A DNA stretch of 64,000 bases from the human T2T-CHM13v2.0 reference genome, Homo sapiens. Positions 50,901 to 64,000 of the stretch are shown piece by piece; the stretch's first letter is position 1; every line of letters begins with the position of its first letter. The notes below the pieces were generated by a model. That model made no database searches, was not told the DNA's origin, and saw nothing but the letters and a program-made list of their open reading frames with translations. The DNA is taken from assembly GCF_009914755.1 (NCBI RefSeq), contig NC_060926.1; one strand, 5' to 3'. The position numbers were made by a program, and so were the translations under genes.

Positions 50901-51700
50901 ATTGTAAATAGTTCTCACCTTCATCCCTCTCCATCCCTAATTTGTAAAATAAAAATATGATGGTTTTTGTTTTGTTTTAATTCATGTTATTTTCTTTGCG
51001 GAAGGTGTGACTGTTGGTAGCAATTTACAAAACTGGCACTTTTTGTATACTTGAATTGAGTGTTTGTCTTTTATTATTTCAGTTCAGGGAAATATTTTCC
51101 TAGATCACTGCCCCGTAGGACTATGCGATAGGTTATAATAATTGACGTCAAAGAATACTATTGTACATGCATTCTATGCAAGGAATGCTATTATACATGC
51201 ATTCAATCTAAGGCAGTGGTAAAAGTGATCATTGTTATCTGAAATCTTTGCTGAGATTTTTTTGAGAGCACGTATAAATAAGCTCAAAACACTCAGAAGT
51301 ATTTATTTCAATTTTTCTATAAGTAAAACATTCATTTAAGGCTGTATTTTATATTAGCTAGTGATTAATAAATAATTCAAAATTCCCCATATAGGTGCTT
51401 TGGATTTTAGTTAAAGTTATCAATAATCTTTGAATTTTTAGTTTCCCAGAAGACAATGGGTGACTACTGGGGGAAAAATTAACTTACAAATACAAAAGCT
51501 CTGAACGTTTATGCAACTAACCTAGTACTACTGAGTAAAGCTCTCTAGGCATTTAGTCAACAGCTATTTACTAAGTATCTACTCTGTGCCTGGTACTTTA
51601 CTACAATCATTTCTTAGGCTTGTCAATGAAACTGAATTTTATTTGCCTCCAATAAACTCCTAGACAAGGGGAGAAACAAAAAGTTAAACCATTATTATAT

Positions 51701-51877
51701 TAGTGGCCCTTATAGAGTGATCCCAGATCAGCATCACCAGGGAACTTGCCAAAAATGTAAATTCTGAGACCCTGCCTCAGACATTCTCAATTAGCAATCG
51801 CAGGGCAGAACCCACCAATCTGTAGTTTAGCGAATTCCCTAGGTGTTTCTAATGAATACCAAATTTGAGCACCATCG
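51701..51877. mobile_element. MER5A-like MITE
   Basis: 'cagcatcaccagggaacttgccaaaaatgtaaattctgagaccctgcctcagac...aatctgtagtttagc...tttgagcacca'. Confidence 0.7.
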
Positions 51878-53119
51878 TATTATCACATGTACTTCAAGGC
51901 AGTCACCAGACCATGAATAACTAATGACGTGTTCTTTATTCCTCCTTGGGAACTAGTTCACACACTTCCAGGGGTGATTATCGAGATTTGAAAAGTGAGG
52001 CAGGTGACATGGGAAGGAAGTTGTAGGCAAAAATCAATGGGATAAATAAAAACCTGTAAGAAATTATTTTGCATATAAGGTTTAAATGTCTGTTGTAACC
52101 TGTTTAAATGAGATTTTTTTAAATAATGTCCTTGAGTAAGTTGGGCTTGTAACTGCAAGCCCTAAAACAATTTATTCTAGTTGTGTGGCAATTGCTACGG
52201 ACATGAGATGATCGCATATGGCAGAAGGGCGAAGTACAACTAAGTTGCCTCCATATATGTTCTGCTCACTGGACAATTTATCTGGGGCTGAAAAAACTTT
52301 TAACTGTTGAAAATGTTGTCATGAGCTTGATGTGCTCCTGACATGCAGGCACTGTGTCTCTATTATTCTCACATTTTGGCTTCTGTCTTTGGAAAAAATA
52401 ATTGGTGGTGAAGGAACTCAGAAAATATATGTATGTTTTATGTCATTCTAAGTGGTCAAGTGCCTAAAGCAATATTCAGCCAAAGCTGTAGCTGACGCCG
52501 AATATCAAATTCATCATAGCTTCCGGGATTTGACAATAAATCTTAAATTTTAGCAAAAAATTACTACTACAATTTTATTATTAACAGTTCAGGAGTCGAT
52601 TTTTAAATGCTTGATATAGCGCAGGAACAATCATTTCTTAGCCTTGTCAATGGCTGAAATGCTTCTGTGGTCACTGTACTGTAAATTTATGATACTAAGT
52701 AGACACTTAATTTCAACCAAGATAAGTCGAAGAACAAGATATCTCTTGGGTGTCTCACTTTTCCCCAGCACTTATTTCTTTTCTTCATACTCTTTACAAT
52801 TCTAAATCAAAGGTGATTTATTATAGATGTTGTTGAGCAAGATTTTGAACACTTTTTTCTTCATAAAATATTAAGATGGAAAAGTTGGCATTCTGCTTTA
52901 ATTCAACCTCAGATGATGTGAAGAATAATCAAATAGACTTTTTTCTTGAAACACAGCACTAATGCACGTGGCTACAAAGCTACAAGAGAGCAGAAATTTA
53001 TTCTGTTCACTGATGCTCCCAAGTATGTAGAAAAGTGGTAATAAGCACATAATAGGTACCCAGTAAGCATTGATGTAATAAACGGAAGGTCAAATGAATT
53101 TAAATAACTACAAAACTAA

Positions 53120-53441
<322 letters not shown>

Positions 53442-54150
53442 TAAAGTTTGTTTTGAATATCACAAATAGTAGTATGCCAAACGACTCCACAGTATTCAAA
53501 TTATTGTATATAGCCATGAAAACTATTAAATAGAAGATAATGAGGATGAACCAAAAATTAAAGCATACTTTAGAGCCACAAGAATTAAAACAGCAGGATA
53601 GAAATGGAGGATTATGTGGACAGACTAAAGGAATCAAATAGGAAATCTGAATGTAGCCTCAAATACATGTGGGAATTCATTGGAGTTTGCCCTGGTATGT
53701 TGTATGAAAACAATTTGATCTTTTACCATATGGCTATCCATAGGTCTCAACTCCATTCATTAAAAAGCCCATCTTTGTGCCAAGTGATTTGAGATTTTAC
53801 CTTTATCATACATCCAATTCCCACATAAAGCAACTTCAAAAGCACACATTTAGTATACTTTTTCCAATCATACATTATTCTTTAGATGTAAAGAATTAGA
53901 AACAATAAAAAGAAATTGTGCTATCTATATTATTCTTCTCTGTATTATCATTTAAATAATTTTAAAGATCTATTGACTGACAATGACTAATTTTTTCTAA
54001 AATTATACTCCTAATAAAATATTTTTAATACTTATATTAACCATAGTTTTCTCAGTTTCAACTTTAAAACAAAAACTCTTTTGTGATCATAAAATTGTAG
54101 CATTTTACTTTTGTATTTGTTTTTATTGATGAAAGTTTTTTTGATGTCAC

Positions 54151-55456
54151 TTCAACTTTTATTTTAGATTCAGGGGGTACATGTGCAGGTTTGTTACATG
54201 GGTACATTGTGTGATGCTGAGGTTTCGGATATAAATGATCCCATCACCCAGGTGGTGAGCATAATACCCAATTGTTAGTTTTTCAACTCTTGCTTCCCTC
54301 CCTCCCTCCCCCTCCAAGCAGTCCCCAGTGTCTGTTGTTGCCGTCTTTTTGTCCATGAGTACCAAGTGTTTAGTTCCCGCTTAGAAGTGAGAACGTGCAG
54401 TATTTGGTTTTCTGTTCCTGTGTTAATTCATTTAGATGCCCTTAAATGCTCTTAAATTCACTTAAATGCTCACTATATGACAATGACCTCCAGCTGCATC
54501 TGTGTTGCTGCAACGGACATGATTTTATTCTTTTTTATGCTGTATAGTATTCCATGGTGTATATGTACTACATTTTCTTTATCCAATCCATCACTGATGG
54601 ACATCTAGGCTGACTGCATGTCTTTGCTATCGTGAATAGGGCAGCAATGAAAGTGCAAGTGCATGTGTCTTTTTGGTAGAATGATTTGTTTCCTTTTGGA
54701 TATATGCCCAGTAATGGGATTTCTGTGTTGAACGGTAGTTCTGTTTTAAGTTCTTGGAGAAATTGCCAAACTGCTTTCCACAGTGGCTGCCCTGATTTAC
54801 ATTCCCATCAATAGTTTATAACTATTCCCTTTCTCCATAGCCTCACCAGCATCTGTTATTTTTTGACTTTTTAATAATAGCCACTCTGTCTGGTGTGAGA
54901 TAGTATCTCATTGTAGCTTTGATTTGCATTTCTCTGGTGATTACTGGTGTTGAGCATTTTTTCAGTGTTTGTTGGCCATGTGTATATCTTCTTTTGAGAA
55001 GTATCTGTTCATGTCTTTTGCCTACTTTTTAATGCGGTAATATGGTTTTTGCTTGTTGAATTTTTTAATTTCCTTATAGATTCTGGATACTAGACCTTTG
55101 TCAGATGCATAGTTTGTATTTTCTCCCCTCCTGTAGATTGTCTGTTTACTCTGTTGATGGTTTCTTTTGCTGTGCAGAAGCTCTTTAGTTTAATTAGCTC
55201 CCACTTGTCAATTTTTGTTTTTGTTGCAATTGCTTTTGAGGTCTGAGTCATAAATTATTTCTAAAGGCAGATGTGCAGAATGGTGTTTTTTAGGTTTTCT
55301 TCTAAAATTCTTATAGTTTGAGATCTTACACTGAAATCTTTAATCCATCTTGAGTTAATGTTTGTATATGTTGAAAGGCAGGGGTACTGTTTCATTCTCC
55401 TGCATGTGGCTAGCTAGCTATTACAGCACTACTGAATAGGGAGTCCTCTCCCCATT
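54151..55456 (-). mobile_element. L1PA15/16-like 3' fragment (about 1.3 kb)
   Basis: 'ttttagattcagggggtacatgtgcaggtttgttacatggg...gatgctgaggttt...cccatcacccagg'; continuous L1 up to 'gggagtcctctccccatt'. Confidence 0.9.
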
Positions 55457-55519
55457 TACTACTCATGTTCCTTGCTAGCTCCACACTCTTGCCCAACCTC
55501 ACAACTTTGGGAGACCCAC

Positions 55520-56400
55520 ACCAACTCATTTCATGATTTCATTCAGTCTTCTATCTTTAAATGCTCACTATATGACAATGAGTACCAAATTTAAATCTCT
55601 AGACCAGATCTCTCTTCTGAACTCAAAACTGAACATCTAATCTTCCTTCCCAAAATGATCCACTCAGTCCTCATTTTAATTGATGGGGAATAATCTTTGA
55701 CTCCTCTTTTTTAAATCTCACTTTTCTGAGATTTGATCACCTTCACTTTCAACCTTATCTACTTGTCGCTGCCTTCACTATGACACTCATTCAAACTACC
55801 ACCATCACTAACCTAAATGACTGCAATAAGCTCCTAATTGGATTTCCTCCTACAATCTCCTTTCCACACAGCCCCCATTTAACACATAAATCAGACTGTG
55901 TCATTCCTCTGCTCAAAGTCTTTAATGGCTCCCTTTCTCACTCAGGAGCCAAAGCCCTCGGAATGTTCTACAAATTCCCATATGATCTGGCTTTCCATTA
56001 TTCATCTAACTTTGTCTCCTATCATTCTTCCCTCATTCTTCAATCGAGTACATTGACCTTACACACTCCAGATATCTGCTTAGCTAACTCTCTCTCCTCC
56101 TTGAAACCCTTGCCCAAACGTTACCTTCTCAATGAAATCTCTCCTAAAAATCCTATTTAAAAGCGCACCATGCCTCTTATCCCCAGTATTCCAAATATCT
56201 TTGCCGTGGGCATTTTTTTTTCAAGCCACTTATTGCCTTCTATGAAGTTTGCTTATTTATTATGTGTATTGCAAATTTTTATGTATCCTTTCTCTACAGT
56301 GTAAGCTCCATGAAGGAAGGAATTTTTCTCTGCAGGCACCTCAAGTGTTGCTGCCACATAGTAAGGACTTAATACAATATTTGTTAAACGAATATATGAA
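55520..56400 (+). mobile_element. L2 (L2a-like) 3' region
   Basis: 'caaatttaaatctctagaccagatctctcttctgaactc...tcagactgtgtcattcctctgctcaaag...gtgtaagctccatgaagg...tttgttaaacgaat'. Confidence 0.8.
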
Positions 56401-57039
56401 TTTGTGCTAAGAATGAGCAGAAAAGTGTCTTTTTTGGAAATAGGCAAGTCAACTATCAAATAGGAGAAGTCATTATTTTCTGTCAATTTTAATTAACCAC
56501 AAAACTAATATTGAAGGGGAAACAGTAAAGAAAGATTTAAACAGAGTTTGAAAATAGTCTTTTAAAGGAAAAAGAATATAAATAGCTATTTTCAGCAGGC
56601 TTCTATTGGTGAATATCTAGCTTATCTGTAGTTTAATGATGTATCTATTTCCATTTTTATTCGTATGTGGTTGCCTGTATGTGTAACGTGCCTCTAGAAT
56701 GAATTACTGGTAGTGGACTCACTGGGTCATAAAGTATGTACAATTTAAATTTTAAATGACATTACCAAATTGCCTTTTATGATTGTGCATTTATTTACAA
56801 TGACATTATCAGGGTATATACATGCTTATATGTTATAAGTTTTCTACAATAGCCTCTTTAGTATTGCAATAAAAGAAATATTAATATACACACATGAAAA
56901 ACATAGCCATTTTAATTATTGGTATTTTCAAAAAATATTTCAATAAAGTATAAATATAATGACCAAAAGGGAAGTGAGAGTCAAATGGGGAATGATGAGT
57001 GAATGCATTATGATGAAATTAATAAATGCTGTATGAATT

Positions 57040-57155
57040 AATGGAGGGACGGATAGATAGGTGGGTGAATGGGTGGGTGGATGAATAGATAGATGAATGG
57101 GTGGATGGATGGGTGGAGGATCGATGGATGGATGGATGGATGGATGGATGGATGA
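57040..57155. repeat. Degenerate (GGAT/GGGT)n tetranucleotide repeat
   Basis: Directly visible; source of the HPSI-repeat ORFs. Confidence 0.9.
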
Positions 57156-57989
57156 TCAGAGGAATATTGAATGAGTAGGTACTTGGCAAGAGGTGGTAAA
57201 TATGCAAGAGGGGCAAATGGGAAAACAGAGTTACCTGGTTCCATGCAATAATCAGGACAACATCAGAAAAGTAACTGCTTTGATAGAAAAAAAAGCTAAT
57301 TGAAGGAAACAGTTGAAAACCATGTTTTGTTTCTTTTCTAACTAATTTCAAGAGAATAGCATGAATTAGAATATAGGAAACATCAACAAAAGCTTCCCTT
57401 CTCACAAAGCAAAACACTCGTGACTGCTTGAATAAAACAAGTGTCAGTATGAAGCTGACTGGGAATCAGATGGTGATGTTTCTAAAATTAAATTGTAAAC
57501 TATGTTCTCATCTCACACATTGCAGCCTAGTGACTGCTTCAGAGATGCAGAGTAACTTGGAAGACTTGGGCATTAAAAGTAATGACTAACCTTTAGCATA
57601 GGGAACTCTTCTCAAAGAGGGGGGATGTTTTAAATCCATAAAAATCATTATGGAAACGACAGAAACCCCTGATATTACCTGGTCACCCCAATCAGCATAT
57701 CTCAGATTCCCTTTCCTTCACAGAAAAGTGATCCCAGGCCCTAATGTGTTCTGACTGGATATTACCTTCCTAAGAATACATGACATCAAAAATCCTCTTT
57801 GTCTCTATTACCTCTACACAAATTCTAGTTCTTTCTTTCTAATCAATGTCAGTACCCTGAGATTATTAACACAGCCTCTCTCAATCCCTTGAACAACATA
57901 TCTCTTTAGATAATTATGAAAGAATATGTTAAGAATAAGAAAATTTGCATGGAACTATGCCTGGCTGACAAAAACCAGTGGGAATGAAA

Positions 57990-58130
57990 CGAACATATGC
58001 TTAGAAGTCAGAGAGACCTGAGTTTGAATCTTGACTCTGCTATTTCTAGTTGGATAAATCTCTGAGCCTCTAGCTCTTCATCTTGAAATACTTAACACTG
58101 ATGTGTTATATATTAAGTTGGTCTATAGAA
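57990..58130 (+). mobile_element. MIR
   Basis: 'ttagaagtcagagagacctgagtttgaatcttgactctgctatttctag...ctctgagcctc'. Confidence 0.7.
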
Positions 58131-59156
58131 GCACTAACACATTATAGCCTTCCATTTTTGAATAATGGTCCTCTAGATAAAATACAAAGGGAAACCAGAT
58201 GTGCCTTTATAATCTGTCATTATATATTGATTATTGATTTGGGGAGTTGAGTAATTTGGAATTTACTTATTCCAAAAAATTTACTGGTCAAGAAAGCCAA
58301 GTACTTCTGTCAGTTGTTACACCTGCAGATAGCATTTTGGTGTTCTTTCACTGATGAAGTTCAGGGCACCTTCTAAATTTATGAAACATCTGTTTAAGCA
58401 GCTGGTTATTCATTAAATAAAAATAAAAATGTACCACTTTTCCCTGGCAATGCTAATAAATGGGAACAGGTGATGATCCCAAAAGAGATTATGATTATAA
58501 ATGAATGTATTGAAATTCTTCACTATTTTTATAGAGGCATCAAAATAAAAACATATAAAAAGTGAAAGAGGAGCTCGTGGAGCCCCTGGAATACACTGGG
58601 GACCCTAGGGTAATGGCTCACCTGCATGTCCCACTCCACTTAGATACCACATTCTACATGGAAATTCACCAGGATCAAAACTAATATTCTTTCTGCATCA
58701 CTCCCTAAATTTACCACCTGAAAATTTCTAGTTAGTAGCAATAGGGCAATTTCTAAAACTCAAATTCCAATCATTACTACATGAAAAGGCAACATTTTGT
58801 GAAACTCATGTTGAAAAGTCTGCCTCTAACTATGAGGACTAAGCAATAATTTTTGAGACAGGAAAATGGGATTCTACTCGTGTGACAAGTAAGGAAACAG
58901 AAATTAACTGACTTGAAACTATACTAAGCGTTTTGACCTAAATGATCATATTTGATCAAAAACTCAAGATTCAACTTCCAGCTTCCCATCAGTTGTCAAC
59001 ACCTTTTTATTAGAAGGGTGCTTAGAAACTAGAAAACAAGTCAAGTCATTTGAATTTAGCAGTGCAACAACTGGGAGATGGTCTTCTGCTTTGCTCCTTA
59101 TCCCTCACCTTACCCAAGTGACCAGTGAACTTTTCTGCACCGTTTTCTCTTTGCAG

Positions 59157-59201
59157 ATTCCCCCCACAATCATGGAACTGAAAAGTTCCAGCACCCATAT
59201 G
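59157..59201 (+). other. Candidate 45-nt exon
   Basis: Strong acceptor 'cttttctgcaccgttttctctttgcag|'; moderate donor 'ATG|gtaaag'; open in two frames (IPPTIMELKSSSTHM or xSPHNHGTEKFQHPYx). Confidence 0.25.
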
Positions 59202-59889
59202 GTAAAGCAAGGTCAATAAAAAGGACAATACTTTCATTGTGTGCCAGACTCAAGAGTTGCTTTTAGAATTTAGGAGCAAGAGATGCTGAACTGTTATGAG
59301 TTGCTGTGATGATGCATAATTAGACGGTGATTTAACACAGAGCTAAAAAAATAAAAATGACAGTAATCATGGGGGGAAAGAATAAAATAGCAATGAAAGC
59401 AGTTAAATGAGCCGAAGTGCCTGGTGTTTCGTGATGTGTATCTGTTAGTAATTTCTCAGACGGTAACAATAGAGGTAATTTCACAAATAACAGGGATTCA
59501 TCAATTCACAATAGCACTCACTGGTATTTAAGACCAAAGAAAAGGAATTGTATTTGGCTTATCAACTTAAAGAAATAGTTATGAAACTTGGGCCTAGCCT
59601 GCACATTACAAAGTAAAATGGAGAACTGATCCTTAATCAGGAAAATTCAAAGCTGTACAAATCTGAATTATAATGACTTTCAAGGTAGATAATTGCTTTG
59701 GAGAAAGTTGCCCAAAATTAAGAAAAGGTTAATAATGGTGTTTTATGGGTAAGACAGATAGACTGCTTCCTGTCACCTTCAGAATACTCTCTGGCTGTTG
59801 CATTCCTCTCCAGATTCACTTAAACACGCATCAAAAGCATTCAAAATTCTAGCCATGGAAAGCCACCCTCATTATCCCCATCGAGCTTA

Positions 59890-60210
59890 GCTTTTCCACA
59901 CCTGTGCACATGTGATTTCGCCTAACATTTCACTAGGACAGCAACTCATCCCTCAATGTTGAGTTCAAGTGACATTTCTCCCAAGCTACTCCTGCTGACT
60001 GTGGTCTCCTTATCCTCCAGAATGCCCACAGATTGCTGCTCTGTACTTCCATCCCACCACATGGCATTAATCACTGTATAATAACTGGTTTGTAGCTCTT
60101 TCTTTCACACTAGCTGGGGTTCCTTAAGAGCAATGATTGCATTTCTTTGCTGTTTCCTCAGTCCTTGAGACATAATACCTGCACAACAAATGTTGATGAA
60201 TGAATGAGAG
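59890..60210 (+). mobile_element. L2 3' end
   Basis: 'caactcatccctcaatgttgagttcaagtgacatttc...cacactagctggggttccttaagagc...aaatgttgatgaatgaatga'. Confidence 0.65.
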
Positions 60211-60611
60211 AATTAAAGTATCAACAGTGAGAAAAATAAGTATTGAATCACTCTCCCCACTATCATTCTCTTCCCAGTATCTATGAAAGATACATAAGGG
60301 AACTGTCCATAAGTTCCTCCTTATTCAAAAATTGCTTCTAACTCAAGGGATAATTTCAAAAAGTTTTAAGAATACGTTGACTCAAAATGTCCCTACAACT
60401 ACAGTGAATGAAAAATGGGAGAGTGATAAAAAACACATGCAATATGGCTTATCTTATTTAAATCTGGCATTTGAAAAGATTTATATTATACTCCATGATA
60501 AAATGAGAGTAGCAAAATAATCCTAGCTAATGATTTTCCTTTTTTCTGTTATTCAGCTGTTATTATATCTATTATATATGTTTAATTAGAAGTTGCTGTA
60601 ATTTTTAATGT

Positions 60612-60663
60612 TATATATATGTTATATATATGTTTGATATATGTTATATATATATACACACAC

Positions 60664-60712
<49 letters not shown>

Positions 60713-60870
60713 ATATGTTTTATATATATGAGATGTGGTCTTTCTCTGTTGCCCAGGCTGGAGTGTGGTGCCATGATCATACATTGCTGCAGCCTCGGAT
60801 TCCTGGGCTCAAGCAATCTTTCCCAACTCAGCCTCCAGAATCACTGGGATTACAAGTGCAAGCCACAGAA
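60612..60870 (-). mobile_element. Alu right-arm monomer (FRAM/AluJ-like, 60730-60870) preceded by a (TA)/(CA) microsatellite
   Basis: 'ctctgttgcccaggctggagtg...gatcata...ctgcagcctc...cctgggctcaagcaatc'. Confidence 0.85.
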
Positions 60871-62379
60871 TTGCTATGATTTAGAAAAATCTCAAAGTTG
60901 TTGAAACATAAAAAATGTGAGCCTTCTACTGCTCTTTTTTTTCTAAACCACAAGATATTTTTAAATCTCTTTATTTTCAGTGTTACTGTATAACAAACAG
61001 CACGTTGATTTTCCCCAAGAAAACAAAGTGCAACAGAAAAATGAGCAATGTAGTAATTAAAAACCAAAGTAAAAAATGATATAAGCCTTTTAAAAAGTCA
61101 TAAAATCGTGTGTTTACTTGAAGAAAAGAGAATATTTTATGTGCATCACTATTATAGGAAGTAAAATTTACAATTTATCAATATGAGCATGTAAAGAGAG
61201 ATAAGCAATCCTGCACTGATGCAAAATGATTATGCAAATAGAAAAGCTTTTAAAATTATTGCCTATAATCTTTCAACATAGGATAATTGGCTTTTCCCCT
61301 TTGCCTAAGCCGTCTTTAGTCCAGCAATTGTGTTTCAATTTTTTCCTTCTTAGTCACAACCAATTTATTTTTTCTTTTTCCTTCTTGGGAATCATCATAA
61401 TCTTTATACTCATTTAACCCCAGTGGAATGGTAGAATGATTACCCAAGTGAATCAGTTCTGGCTCAAAGAAATCATTTAACATTTCCTGAAGTAAAATGA
61501 ATATGATTTGAGAGGATGGAGTGAGGGAGGCCACAGAACGATGGAACAAGGGACTGAAGTACTGGGGGTTTCTTGTAATTGTTAAGTACATAAAATCCAT
61601 ATACTTATAGAACAAACTGAGCATTGCTTGGTGTGACAAGATGGCATTTTACCATGTTTACTATACCCAACTTTCTTTTTTTGTCAACTTTATGGAAGTG
61701 GAGCCCTACAGAAGGGAAATCATAATGTAGAAAAATAAAATATTTATGCCTTAATTCAGAAAGCACAATTCATTCCAGATTTCAGCGCACAATGTGAGCA
61801 CTTTACAGTACTTTACGGTGCTAAGGCAAGGACTGTGGGTGCTTGTGTCCCACCTGAAACAAGATTAGGCAAACATCAATAAACTAGCATTGGCCTGTGG
61901 AGAGGGAAATGTTTTTTCCTCTCTTCTCAACAAGCATATCGTAGACTCCTACTGCGGAATATGCCCGCAATCCCTCCATTCTTTCCGCTCAGTTCCATTC
62001 ATGGTTCCCAAAGACACTGCTGATATAGCCATCTGAGGAAGTCAAGCCAATGAATTCATTCCCTGGATGTTTGGACTTGAAACCAGAGAGAGCCAAGGCA
62101 CTATCCCTTCAGGAGCTAGCAACTATCAGCGCTATGTTTTCCTCCATGTGGCAATAACTGTTAGTGATAAGAGAAATGAATAAACATGAACTATACAGGA
62201 AACATTCCTCATTGTCCTTCCACTAAAAGAGGAAAACCACCAGACAGGACTTGTCTATGTAGGTCATTATCTTTCAGCTCTAACAACACCACTGTTGATA
62301 AGATCAGAGGTCCAACAGGCCTTCTTCTGATATCTTTCCACTCCTCAGTCAATAGCGCCTCTATTCATCTAACGGTATT

Positions 62380-62800
62380 AGTCAGGAACCTGAAAGCACC
62401 TCAAATATATTTTTCCATCGTTTACTATATCCAGTCTAATTACAAGCCCAGTTGATGGTAAATAATAATTATCTCTGGAATCAAATTCCACCTCAAATGC
62501 TACTACTCTGATTCCAGATACATACATCCCTCCCTGATTTCAACAATAACCTCATAATTATTCTCCTTAAACCAATAAGCAGAATTAAACCCCATACTTA
62601 TTTTATTCACACATGCAACCAGAGCGATCTTTTCCAATGTATATCTAAAATCATGGGACCTTCTGCCTCCACCTTATGTTTAAACTCTCCAGTGGCATCT
62701 TATACCAAGCTACATAAAGACAAACATGCTTAAAATGGCCTATAGATCCTAATTTGTTGACCCCTGCCTATCTATTAGCACCATCTTGCACATCAACACC
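62380..62800 (+). mobile_element. L2 internal fragment
   Basis: 'tagtcaggaacctga...caacaataacctcataatt...gcaaccagagcgatctttt...aaactctccagtggc'. Confidence 0.6.
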
Positions 62801-63761
62801 ACACTGCCCAAACCTATAAATACCAGGGGAATCCTTTTTAATCAATCAACTTTTCCTTATTAGGTGGCTATGGTTCTTGAGTCCCCTTTGCTTCAAAGAG
62901 TTGTTTAGCCTGACCAGCATCACTGACTATAAAAGATATTCCATCACTCCTGGTGGTTACCAGGATGGATCTGCCACACAGCCAGCCCCTCTGTTGGTAC
63001 TATTGCCAAGGTATAGAAAAGAGTATAGTCTGTTTGACAGCTATTATGCTTTGTTTAAATGCAATTTTAAATGCAGGAGTTTCTAAGTGTGTTATTCATG
63101 CCAGTGATTTCTGCAAAAAATAAACATTTTGTAAAACTGCTAAAAGACTTCACAAATTGAGCAAAGCAAAGAATTTTTTGCAGGACAAGAGGCAGCAGAA
63201 TAAATTCTGAGAACTACCTAAAAGAACTACCTAAATTCACTCAGCGATGGGTACTCATTAAAAGTGCAAACTCTTGTGTTTAATCCAATACCTACTATAT
63301 TAGAATCTCTTGGGGCCAGGAACCTAGAATCTGTATTTTAATAAGTACCTCAAGGTGATACTTTTCCACCTTAAATCAGTGAAAGTCAAATGAGAGAAGA
63401 ATTCCCAGGATCAGGCCCTCAGGAATATCATTTAGAGGCCATGTAAAGACGATGGAAAGGACGAGAGAGGTTATAAAAAAGCCATCAGAGGCAGAAGATA
63501 AGCCAGAAGACAAGTGTCATGGAAGTCAAGAAAATGAGATTTTTTTCAAGGAGAAAGAGGCCAACTTAGATGAATAGTAATGTGTAGACTTGTAAGATGA
63601 GAACTTAATGTAACCGGCCTTCAGCTCCCAGCAACTTAAAAGTTTCTGTTTGATTTGGCAACATAGAAATAATTAATGACTTACTGTCACCAATTTCAGT
63701 CAAATGCTAGAGATGAAGGTCATAATAAAGTGGGCTAAACACTGATTGAAAAGAAAAACTG

Positions 63762-64000
63762 AGAACAACCCAGTACCCATCAAAAGGAGAATACACTTGT
63801 AAATATGATCAATTCACCCTATGAAATGCTATGTAAAAGTAAAAATGAATTAATTACAGCCACATAGTACAATGTAGAAAAATCTTGATAGTATGAGTAA
63901 AAAATTATGTCTAAGAAGGCTACATTGAAGCAAGTCTTCATGTAATTTCAAAAATAATTAATATTAAATATATATTTTACACATGAATAATTATTTGATA
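63762..64000 (+). mobile_element. L1ME-type 3' fragment
   Basis: 'gagaacaacccagtacccatcaaaagg...aaaaatgaat...cagccacat...caatgtagaaaaatctt'. Confidence 0.5.

Noticed and set aside
63211-63237. Short tandem duplications (agaactacctaaa x2; similar ones near 5453, 31007 and 37310)
   Set aside because: Ordinary replication-slippage duplications of 12-18 nt

Overview
This is AT-rich primate (human or close relative) intronic or intergenic DNA. AluY/AluS/AluJ, L1PA, THE1 and MLT1 elements identify the lineage. Roughly half of the window is recognisable transposon debris: about a dozen Alus, a 5'-truncated L1PA4-like copy with an inactivated ORF2, several older L1M, L2, MIR and L3 fragments, MaLR and ERVL solo LTRs, and hAT MITEs, often nested. 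I find no supportable host protein-coding gene, RNA gene or CRISPR array, and I cannot name the locus. Nearly all ORF-track entries are Alu, L1 or microsatellite read-throughs. The signals worth following up are: (1) a few non-repeat candidate exons and a CpG-retaining element near 39.2 kb, which together could form a minus-strand spliced transcript, possibly started in a THE1 LTR; (2) several templated-insertion or template-switch scars at 20.4, 22.1, 28.9, 51.6 and 54.4 kb, visible because they interrupt known repeat consensus sequences; (3) an AluY with a Yd-like 12-nt deletion and an expanded T31 linker. Subfamily names come from recalled consensus sequences and need RepeatMasker/Dfam confirmation. 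I do not see direct evidence of a new biological system.
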